Of a stretch of 64,000 bases of DNA, positions 10,734 through 21,438 are shown in pieces. The stretch's first letter is position 1. Each line of letters begins with the position of its first letter. The stretch is from Blastocladiella emersonii ATCC 22665 (taxonomy: Eukaryota > Fungi > Blastocladiomycota), in assembly GCA_025594325.1 (NCBI GenBank), contig JANHCV010000001.1, positions 2,852,001-2,916,000 of the forward strand, written 5' to 3'. The position numbers and the translations under genes are program-made. The notes under the pieces were generated by a model. That model was not told the DNA's origin and searched no databases. It worked only from the letters and a program-made list of their open reading frames with translations.

Positions 10734-13700
10734 ATGTTCTGCGCACCCGGCTCGTCCACGTCCGGCTCGGCTGCACGCAACAGTCAAAGCAGCAGCAGCA
10801 CCTCCGGCACCAGCTCGTCCAGCAGCAGCGGCAGCAAGGGTGGCGTCATGAAGAAGCTCTTCTCGCGCGGGAAAAAGTCCAAGCCGTCGTCCTCGTCGCC
10901 GCTGTCGCCGTCGGCCCCCGGGTCCTTCGACTCGCTGGCCGGCTCCGGCTCGGCGCCCGACCCGGACGCGGACTCGTTCGCCGACTCGAACCCGACCACG
11001 GCCTCGCACTCCAAGGCCTCGTCCATGTACTCGAGCCGCCCCTCGTCGCCCCCGCCCGCCGCCAACAACGCCGCCTACTTCCCGCTCGCCCTGCCCTCGG
11101 GCGCCGCCCCCGCCGCCGAGCCGGCCCCGGCACCCGTCGCCAAGTCGAACAGCAACGACGAGTTCGGGCTCGGCCTCTTCGACGACGTGCTCGCCCGCTT
11201 CGATGCGCTGAACCGCGGCTTCGACTCGGGCCCCTCGGCGCCGCCGCCCGCGCCCAAGCCCGTGTCGCTCGCGGCGCCCGCCAACCCGCCACGCACCGTG
11301 TCCAAGCCCTCGCTCGGTACGGCTCTGCATCTCTTGACCCTCCCCACCTCGTGTCCCTCTCCGCTCGGCAACCCGCGACACGGCTGGCGTCGGCCCGGCA
11401 CCAACCAGCGCGCTCGGGCGTGTGCAACGGACGGCATCGCCACGCCGACGCCCGCGCACCCGCGTGAGCGAGGCAGGGCGTACGCCGATCCCGTCCCGTT
11501 TCGGCAAGGGACATGCTCTGCCCTTGTGTCGAGCTCGCCACCGGCACCGGACCCGATCGCCCGTGCTCGCCACGCGCTCGCCCTCGCGCCCGCCCCAAAC
11601 CCGTCCCGGCGCGCCGGCCCCGCCGCGCCAGTGGTCTCCGCCGCGGCGCCCTTGGCGCGTCGCTCATGGTGTTTTTGGCCCGCCGCCGACGCCATGCGCG
11701 CTCGATACAGCGCGCGGGCGAGCTTATTCTGGCCCCGGCGCCCCGCTGTCCGCTGTGCGAGCTGAGCCACACGCCGTGCGCCAGCCCGTGTTGCTCGTCC
11801 CCAGACGCCCGATTCTGACTTCGCACCCGCGATTCCGCTGACGTGTAGGCCCCGCGCCCGCCGCATCGTCCATCTACTCGTCGTTTGCCGGAACCACGAG
11901 TGCTTCGTCGTCGAGTGCGGCGCCAACCCGGTCCGCGACGACCGCCGCGCCCTCGCTCGGCGGCGGCGACCTCGGCGCCGACTTCGCGCTCAACCTCGGC
12001 CTGCTGCGCCAGTTCGTCAACACGTCCGGCATCGAGACGGCCCCGGCCGCGCCGTCGGCGTCCACGTCGGCGTACAACACGTATGCGTCGCCCAAGCCGT
12101 CGGCGCCCGCTGCGCCATCGCGGTCCGCCACGGCGCCCTCGACCACCTTCTACTCGCAGCACTACATGTCGCCGCTGACGTCGTCGGGGATCCACGGCGC
12201 GTCGTCAGCTTCGACGGCGCCGCAGGACGAGACGCTCAAGCCCGACACGTCGGCGCAGCTGCCGTCCGACGAGGACTCGGCGTCCGACGACGACGATGAC
12301 GACGACATCTCGACGGCGTCGAGCGACAGCGACGGCCACCGGTACGGCGCCGGCGGCAACCCGGCGCCCGCGCGCCCCTCGGGCCGCCCGCTCACCCAGC
12401 AGGACGCCAAGATTCACGGCTACCTCAAGTCGATGCGCGCCAACGTCGCCGCCGACGCCCTCGCGCGCGAGCGCGAGAAGTCGCTCGGCAAGCACGGCGC
12501 GAACCGGTTCGGCGGCGCGCCCGCCTCGTCGTCGTCGCGCCACCACGGCCACCCGCACCCGCACACGCACGGCGGCTACCCTCCAGCTGCTGGCGCGCGC
12601 TCCGTCGGCCACGGGAACGCGTACCTCGCGCCCGGCCGCTTCGCCGCGTCGGACCGCAGCGCCGACAGCGACGACGACGACCGCGTGCTGGGCTCGATCC
12701 ACCCGGCGGCTGCCGCGGCCGCCGCCGCCGCCATGCACCGTCCCGGGTCCGCGCCGCCCGTGCACATGCCCCCGGGCACGCACCACCCGATCCACTCGGC
12801 CGGCGCGCCCGGCGCGTACCCGTACCGTGCAGCCGCGGGCCCGCCGGGTGCTGGCGGACCCCCGCCGTACGCCATGGCGCCGCCGTACGCGTCGCCGCCC
12901 GTGTCGCGCACCGGGTCGCCGCAGCCGTACGCGTCGGACCACGGGTCGCATGCCGGCGGCAGCAGCGGTAAGAAGAAGGGGAAGAAGGGGTCGTCGGGCA
13001 AGTCGAGCAAGTCCAAGTCGGCCGCTTCCTCGTCCTCGGGCGGCAAGACCAAGCGCCGCTCGCAGCTCGCGTCCTCGGAGACGGCCTACTCGGATGCTGA
13101 GGAGGAGGCGGCCGCCGAGGAGCAGCACGACGACGCCCACGGGACCGACGGCGAGGTCGCCGCCGCCAAAAAGTCGTCCAAGAAGAAGAAGCGCACCTCG
13201 ACCGCGTCCAAGGGCGCCGACGAGGCCGACGCGCGCAAGTCCAAGCGCAAGAGCAAGGCCGCAGCCGCGGCCGCGACGACCGACGGCGAGCACGACGAGG
13301 ACGAGGACGGCGCCAAGTCGTCCAAGAAGAAGGGGAAGAGCAGCAGCAGCGGCAAGTCGAAGAAGGCCAAGAAAACCACCACCGGCAGCAGCTCGCGCGG
13401 GTCCAAGCGCCGCTCGCACTCTGCCGCCGAGGAGTCGGACGCCGAGCAGCATGACGCGCACCGGTCCGTAGCCGACGAGGAGGACGACGACCAGCCGCTG
13501 GCCGCTGTCGCGAGCGGCAGCTCCGGCAAGAAGAAGTCGTCGTCATCGTCCGGCAAGAGCAACAAAAAGGACAAGGAGAAGAAGCGCAAGTCGACGGCGG
13601 CGCCGTCGCCACCACCACGGAGCGACGAGGACGACAGCGACATGTCGAGCGACGCGTCGGACAGCGACGGCGGCGACAGCGACGCCTCCTCGTCGTACGC

Positions 13701-13911
13701 GTCCGAGGGCCGCAGCTCGACGCGCTCGTCGCGCAGCGGCGGGCCCCGCAACGGCCGCCGGTACCTCGGCCCGTCGCCCGCTGGTCCGGGCCCCGCCTAC
13801 TACCCGACCGAGGGGTACAACATGTACCCGCCGCCCAACAACAACGGGCCCCGCACCGCGCCGTCGGCGCCCTACGCCATGGCCCACGGGAACCACTCGG
13901 GCTACTTCTGA
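10734..13911 (+). CDS. Hypothetical low-complexity (Ser/Lys/Asp/Pro-rich) protein; start may be 10734 or about 10847
   Basis: Exon 1 (MKKLFSRGKKSK...) joins in frame over a 532-nt GT-AG intron (11317-11848) to the ORF ending TGA 13911; strong GC3 bias; no known domain seen. Confidence 0.6.
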
Positions 13912-14127
13912 GCGCTCACGGCTCGTGGCTCGGCGCTCGCGCGACCTTCTCCTCGTTCGATTAGTTTTGAATCTGCATCATTTGCCATTCCGCTCCCCCG
14001 TCTCCTCTTTCGCTCTCTAGAACTTCCCCCACAACCACCCGCGTCTGTAGATTATATTTGATAAAATGGGAATATTGCCTGAAAAACTGTCTCATCGCTC
14101 GAAAACTGTCTCACACGCGTCACGTGG

Positions 14128-14164
14128 CCGGTCAGCTGACCGGTCGACGCGTCGCGACGCGTCG
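14128..14164. promoter_or_regulatory. Adjacent perfect palindromes upstream of GPCR-1 (16-bp CCGGTCAGCTGACCGG; 20-bp CGACGCGTCGCGACGCGTCG with two ACGCGT cores)
   Basis: Read directly at 14128-14143 and 14145-14164; preceded by direct repeat AAAACTGTCTCA (14083, 14102). Regulatory role inferred only. Confidence 0.35.
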
Positions 14165-14563
14165 CAAACCGGTGGCTGCGAGACACGACTCGAGCCTCGC
14201 GGCCGTGGGAGAAGCCCTCACGCCCTTGTTCCCACGCCCTGTCCCTTACTCGTCTCCCCTTGAGCGCAGACACCAGGTGAACAAGGGCTTGGCGTGCGCG
14301 TTGCAAGGGAGACGCGGGAAGCGCGACTCTCTCTGCACACTCACAGTCTTCCTGACTTTGGGCACGGCGCAATCCGTGGACGAATGTGACTACCTGGGAG
14401 ACGGGGACCAAACCACGCGGGGGTGCCTGGTGATCGAAAAACGAGTGTCGCGGGGGGCTCGGCCAGACACAGACAACACTCGCAGCACCGCACCGGCCTC
14501 AACTCCCGCGAGACGTGTGTTTGCTCGCGGCACTTGATGCATCTCTCAGGACACAACATCAAC

Positions 14564-17549
14564 ATGCCGCTACCTCATGCCAGGCCGCACGCGGCTCACG
14601 GCCGTCGCCGTCAACCGTGGGCGCTCGTCGTGTCCGCGGCCGTGTTGCTCGCGCTCGCCGTGTCGTCGAGCCATGGCGCCAACTTCAAGATCGGTGTCAA
14701 CATGCCGTTCCTCACGCAGTGTACGCTCATCTCGGCTCTCTAAGCGCGCCGGAAACGCGCCATTGAACGCGTTGTCCGCCTGTGTAGCGCTCGGGACGTC
14801 GGTGACGCAGATCATCTCGTTCTTGCGCATGAACGAGGGCGATCTCTCGACCATCGACCCGTCGGGCACGCACACGTTCAGCCTGAGCTACTACGCGACC
14901 AACCAGACCACCATGAACGCCACACTGGCCATGCAGACCGCCATCTCCGACGGCGTCGTGGGCGTCGTCGGCGACTATAATTCCTTTACAACGATCCCTG
15001 CGGCCCTCGCCGGCGCGCGCACCTTCACGTGGGTCTGCTCGGGCGGCGCGACGTCGAGCACGCTCAGCGACAAGGCCAACTTCCCCTATTGTGCGTCTTT
15101 GCAGGCTTCCGGCGCTGTATCCCGTTGCTCACGACGACATTCCCGCGCGTGTAGTCTTCCGCACCATCTCCGACGATCCGTTCCAGGGCGTCATCATCGC
15201 CTACCTCGTCAAGCACTTTGGGTGGACCACGGCCAACATCATCAGCTCGAGCGACGCGTACGGCCAAAGTGTCGGCAATGCCTTCATCATGACGGCCCCG
15301 ACCCTCGGCATCACGCTGGCCGGCAACCAGGTCTTCCAGCCGGGCCAGACTGATTACACGGTGCTCCTCACGTCGATCCTCAACTCGGGCTCCCAGATCA
15401 TCGTGCTCTCCGCCCTCGCCGAGAACTGCCTGATGCTGCTGCGCCAAGCTCGGTACGGCTCTCGTTGGTCGAGCGAGTGCTCTCCCTTCCTCTGCTGACG
15501 ACGCTCGTCTTGTAGCACGCTTGGCATGATCGGCCCCGAGTGGGTGTGGATCGGGCCCGAGATCTGGGCCACCTACGCGGACCTCAGCCTGCAGCCCGGC
15601 GATATCGAGAACGTGAACGGCATGCTCTACGTGTTCCCGCGCGAGGACAGCTACAACGCCAAGTACAACGCGTCCGTCGCCCGCTGGCAGCAGGCGTACC
15701 CCGGCGTCGCTCCTGCCGCGTACTCGTTCCTGTACCAAGACTGCGTAACGGCCCTCGCCAAGGGTATCCTCACGACGGTCAACTCGGTCGGCCTCACCAA
15801 CTTCCAGAACCGCAACTACTACCCGAACCTCACCGCGTACTTCCTCAAGCCGTTCGAGGGCGTTTCGGGCGCCATTGAGTACGACAAGCGCGGCAACCGC
15901 ATCTCATACTTCACGGTGTTCAACTACTACGCGGGTGTGCGCTCGGTCGTGTACGAGGTGCAGCCGGACCTGTCGGTCGTCGCCAAGGCGCCCGTCAAGT
16001 TCTACTCGGGCACCTCGGTCGTGCCGCGCGACAAGCCGAGCCAGGTCCCGCTCGTCGCGACGTGGTCGTCGGCCGCCGGCACGGCTCTCGTGGTGCTCAA
16101 CGGCATCGCGATCGCCATCATCCTCGCTGCGAACGGCTACCTCTACCTGAACCGCGACGTGCCCTCGGTGAAGAACCTCTCGTTCCCCTTCCTCACGCTC
16201 ATCTGCTGGGGCTGCATCCTGGTCCTAGTCAGCAACCTGCTCAACCTCGGCGTCCCGAACTCGGCCACGTGCCAGGCGTCTCTGTGGATTTTCGTGTACG
16301 GGCTCGAGCTCGTCCTCGCGAGTAGCGCGGCCAAGGCGTACCGCGTGCGTAGCTTCCGCTCGTTTTCTCTTCCTCGATATCGCTCACACCCGACTCGCGC
16401 ATGTAGCTCTGGAGCATCTTCGACAACAAGGCCATGATCAGCGTCTCGCGCGTCGGCAACCGCTCGCTCATGCTCGGCGTGGCCAGCATCATGCTCGGGC
16501 AGACGGTCCTGCTCGCCATCTGGTCGGGCGCCGGCCCGCAGCAGGCGGCCCTCGTCTCGCAGCGTACCTACTACTACTACGAGTGCCGCAGCGCCAACGG
16601 CAGCTTCCACATCGGCCTCAGCGCGGCCACCATCGTATATAACTTTGCGCTGCTGTGCATCCTCACGGTCCTCGCGTACAAGGTACGTGACTATGGCCGA
16701 AAAACACCGCGCGACTCGCGTGCTCACATCGGACGTGTAGACCCGCAACATCTCGAGCAACTTCCGCGAGTCGTCGTGGCTCTTCTACGTCAGCCAGAAC
16801 ACGATGCTCTGCTCGATCGTGATCGCCATGTTCTCCTTCTTCGCGTTCGGCGAGGCGACCCTGATTGCGTTCGTCATCAAGCAGATCATGATCATCTACG
16901 CCGTCACCTTTGCATTCACAGCACTCGTCGGCCGCCTCGTCTTCGCCGTCTACGCCACGGCGGCGCGCCGCGGCGGCAACGCCAACAACGTCGAGTCGAT
17001 CGCCAAGGCCTCGACGACCAGCGGCACGGGCGTGGGCACCGCGTCCAGCGCCGGCATGAAGCTCTCGATGCACGAGACCAACGGCAAGGTGACGACGGTC
17101 CGCGGCGTCTACCCGGTCAAGAAGAACACGGGTACGAGGCGCGCTCGTCGTGCCGGGTGCCGGTCGTACCGTGCTGACGCGCTCGCTTCCGTGTAGGGAT
17201 CATGTCGACGTGGCACAGCCACAATGTGACGCTGCATGTCAGCGACGGGTACCTCACGCTGATCCCCGTCAACCACAACCCCGAGATGGGCGTGGTCCTG
17301 CGGCTGTCGTCGGCGACCTTCGACTCGAACCCGGCCGGCTTCAAGTTCTGCATGGAGGTCACAGCAAAGGGGAAGGGCTGGATTGTGCAGTTCCCGAGCG
17401 AAGAAGATCGCGAGAAGTGGACGTCGCTGATCGGCACCATTGCGACCGCGTCGTCGGGCAAGCGCGGCGGTAGCTCGCGGCAGTCGTCGGTGTCGCAGGC
17501 CACGGGCGCCGCGCTCGTCAGCCCGTCGCTCGGCCGCCGTGGTGGATAG
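14564..17549 (+). CDS. Class C GPCR 1 (signal peptide, Venus-flytrap domain, 7tm_3, C-terminal PH-like domain)
   Basis: ATSSTLSDKANFPYFFRTISDD..Q...FGW...SDAYG (ANF-receptor motifs); seven hydrophobic segments with C..SLW...AKAYR-LWSIF and TRNI..FRES; multi-exon. Confidence 0.9.
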
Positions 17550-17887
17550 ATTTCGTCGCAGATGGCGTTTGTAGTGTCTAAATTTCTAATGAAGCGTTTG
17601 ATTCCCTTCATTTCGACCGCTTGACGCGCCCCTCGCCGTTCGAGGCAAAACGCGATGACTTGGATGCGGCCACCGCCGCGGCCATCACCGATCATGGTCG
17701 TCGGCGGGCACAGTCATTGCTGGCCTTGAACGTCGCTGTCCATGGTCACTCGAGCAACACCTCGCTCTCAAATAGCCCCTAAAATGATTGTCATTGATCG
17801 CATCGGGTGCGAAGCATTAGTGGCAACGAGCGGGCGTCAGAGGACAGGAACGAACTTTCGACTCTATATTGTTAACACTCAAGCTTC

Positions 17888-20800
17888 TCAGGCCGTCGGA
17901 GTGCTCGACTGCGCACCGCTGCTCGAACTCGGCGCGCGCGGGAGGCCCTCGGCGCTCATCGGCGGCTTGAGGTTGTTCTGCGTCGGGCTCTTGGGCATCC
18001 CCGCGGCCGTGTTCGCGCCGCTGCCCGAGATGGTTGACGAGGCCGGGTTGGACACCGCGCCGAGCACGTCCTTCCACCGCTTGTAGTCTTTTTCGTCGTT
18101 GAACTTGACCAGCCACGACTTGTTCTGGGCAATGATCTCGACCGTGTTGGTGTGGCCGCGCGGCGACGGGTGGAACATGCCGACGCCAACGTCGAGCACC
18201 ACGCCCAGCGCTTGGCCGCCGGTCGCGGGCATCATGACGAGCGTGCCCTCGGTGTTGAAGAGCTGCAGCCGCATCGTGATCCACTGCGAGAAGAAGCCCG
18301 ACGCCTTGACCTGGCAGATGCCCTTGGCACTCCATGCGGGCTACACGATCGAGTCCGCGGTCAGTCTCAGCTCGGAATGCATGGCCGCCGTTGACGTACG
18401 CTGGCACCCGCCGCGGGCTTCATAGCCGACGCGCTGCCGCCCTTGTCCGTGTCGCTCTTGGAGCCGACGTGCTTGGTCTTGGACTTTTTGATCGTCGACT
18501 TGCGGACGTCAAAGATGAGGCTACAGATCGAAGCGGTCAGCGCACGGTTCGCATGACCGACGGACGCGATCACGTACCGCCCGACGAGCGCGACAAACGT
18601 AAAAGTAACGGCGCTGTAGATAATCGAGTGCTTGACGATGAACGCCGACAGCGCCGACGCGCCAAAGTCGAAGATAGCGAACGGCGCGACCACGACAGAC
18701 GACAGGAGAATGTTCTGCACCGTGTAAAGGATCCACTTACTCTCGTTGTACGAGCTCGTCACGTTGCGGGTCTACGAACCGGTCAGTCACGTCTCCCGCT
18801 GCTGCGCCACCCGCCCGCGCCACCCGCTGCGCCACCACTCGGCGCGATCGCGCCGCGAGACGGAGAATGAGAAAGAACGTACCGCCACGGCGAGGTAGAG
18901 GAAGATGATGAGGAAGAAGCCGTTGTAGACCATGGAGGCGGCGACCAGGCTGTTGGTGAAGCTGGTGGTCGAGCTACTGCAGATGGTGTAAAGGTAGGAG
19001 CGCGTCGAGATCAGGTGCGGCAGTGGCGGATCCACGGCAGACCACACGATGAGAATGATGATCTGGCCGGCCATGATCGCGCCCATGATGATGAACAGGA
19101 ACGAGTCCTGGATCCCGGTGGCCTTGATCTGCGAGCGGTTCTCGAAAATCACCCAAATCTACACGCAAACGAGTCAGGCGCAGCGCGAGTGCACGGCCAT
19201 AAGCGACGCGTACGCGGTACGTCTTGGCGATGCTGGCGCCGACCACGAGCTCGTAGCCGATGGCGAACAGCCAGGTGCTGGCCATGCACGAGCCCGCAGT
19301 TTGCTCGCCCATGGCCACGAGCGAGCTGACGAGGACGATGATGCACCCGAGGCCGATCAGCGACAGGAATCGGGCGCTCAGGTGCTTGACGAACGACACC
19401 TTGCGGTGCGCGAAGAGGTACGCGCCGGTCGCGACAATGTAGCCGATCAGAACGATGCCCGTGATGCCGAGGCCGAGACCCGAGGGCATCGTCCACAGCG
19501 CCGTCAGGACGTCCTGGTACTGCTTGTCGGACGGAGGGGTCGCCGAGCCGCCGTAGAACTTGTACGGCGCGGTCTGCTGGACCGTCAGGTTGGCGAAGAC
19601 GGTCGCCACCTCGACGTACTTGCCGTTCACCATGTTGTAGATCGAGAAGTCACTAAACGAGGATGGGCGCGAAACGGAAACGCGCGGGTGAGCATCGCGC
19701 GCAGGTGGGATGTATCGCAGCGAGAGACGTACGCGATCCGATCCCCAAACTGGTCGACGCGGAACACTCCCGAAGCGCCCTCGAAGTCGCGCATGAGCTC
19801 GTTCAGGACGAGGTCATAGCTACGGTTCTGGACCGATGCGGCGCCCTTAGATTGCGTGAGCTATTCAGCACGCGACGCGGCGGTGAGCGAGGAGGGTACT
19901 GCGGTTCTGCGCTCACACGTACCCCGACGATGCCGTGAGCCATGGCGAACGCGCAGTCGCGGTAGAGGTACGCGTAGGCCGGGATGCGGACGCCCGGGTA
20001 CGCGGCGTCCCACTTGGCCTGGAACGCCTTGGCGATCGCGTTGCCGCCCGACTCCTTGGCCATGACGTACATGATCCCGTTGGCGTACGTGTAGTCCTCG
20101 GGCGCGAGTCCGCCGAGGTCAAAGTACGCGGCGAACGTGTCGGCGCTCAGCTAAACACACGGCGTCAGTTCGGGTCGCCACGCGTCGCCTCTGGCGAGGG
20201 TGAACGCACCCACATCCACGTCGGGCCGACCATTCCGAGTCGCTTCGCGGTGCGCATGATCTGGACGCCGTCCACGGCCGTGGCCGCGACGAAGTTGACG
20301 GCCGTGCCGGTCGCCTTGAGGACCTCGAGCTGTTGGTCGAAGGTCGTCGAGCCGGGCGTAAACGTCACCGAGGCGGTCACGTTGATGGACAGGAGCGCGG
20401 CCTGGCGCGAGAGGCCCTCGCTCAGCGATTGGCCGTACTACATGAGAACGACGTGAGCGAAACGCGCGGGACTACGACGCCGAGCGACGTACGAAGTCCG
20501 AGGAAGCGATAATGTTGACACGGTTCCAGCCCATGACCTTGATAAAAGCAGCCATGGACGCGCCCTGCTGGTAGTCGTTGCCGATGGTGCGGAAGAAGAA
20601 GGGGAAGTCGGTGTCGCTCGAGAGCGTGACGGAGGTTGCTGACCCTGAGCACATCCAGACCTTAAAGAATTTCGTGCTGTACGCCTGCGGAATTGTGAGA
20701 CTACTGTAGTACTACATGACCGGGAACGGAGTGTGAGCTGACGCGTCGGAAAGCTGCAGAGACTGACGCACGTCGCCAACGATGCCCACGACGCTGTCGT

Positions 20801-21182
20801 TTAGCATCGTCCGGATCGCAACCGACGACGACACGGCGCCCGACAAAGACGTCGGGTTGTAGACGAGGGAGAAGGTGTGGTTCGTGACCGGATCAATGGT
20901 CATGAGGTCCGGCTCGATCAACCGGAACATCTTCTTGAGGCCCGAGATTGCCGTTCCAAACGCTGGATGCGTGAATCGCGTTAATCGTCAGCGCGCGCGG
21001 CAGTCGCCAATGGATTGTCGCGTACTCGGATCATCGAAGGGCAGGTTAACCGCGATCTTGAAGTTGGCGGCGATCGCGTGCTGGGCCATGGTCAGAAACA
21101 TGACGACGATAGCCACGACCATGGCCGAGGCCAGCCGACACGGCCGGCGTCGCGCGCGCTCATGGCGCTCATAGAGTTTCAT
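17888..21182 (-). CDS. Class C GPCR 2 (VFT + 7tm_3 + PH-like domain)
   Basis: ANFKIAVNLPF, CSGSATSVTLSSDTDFPFFFRTIGNDYQQG, MGWNRV, AKTYR-IWVIF, TRNV.SSYNESKW; reading frame intact across GT-AG introns checked. Confidence 0.9.
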
Positions 21183-21366
21183 GGTTTGACTGCAGCAAGT
21201 CTCGAAGAGCTTACTGCCTGATCAAACTGGATGCAAGGGGAGGGCGGAACACGTCGCCGGCACCGGCGTGGGTGGGCTGGACGCGACGCGAACCTGGAGG
21301 CCAGAGGTCACCACCCTTGTTCGCGGTGGGAGACATGAAAGGCGAGCGTTTTCAAGAATCAGCTGC

Positions 21367-21386
21367 GTGCGAGACGCGTCTCGCAC
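21367..21386. promoter_or_regulatory. Perfect 20-bp palindrome GTGCGAGACGCGTCTCGCAC in the short GPCR-3/GPCR-2 intergenic region
   Basis: Directly read; centred on ACGCGT, about 185 bp upstream of the GPCR-2 ATG. Confidence 0.35.
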
Positions 21387-21438
21387 AGCGTGTATTGAAG
21401 GGATAGCGGGCAACACCTGGCCCAATCAAAGAAATTCA

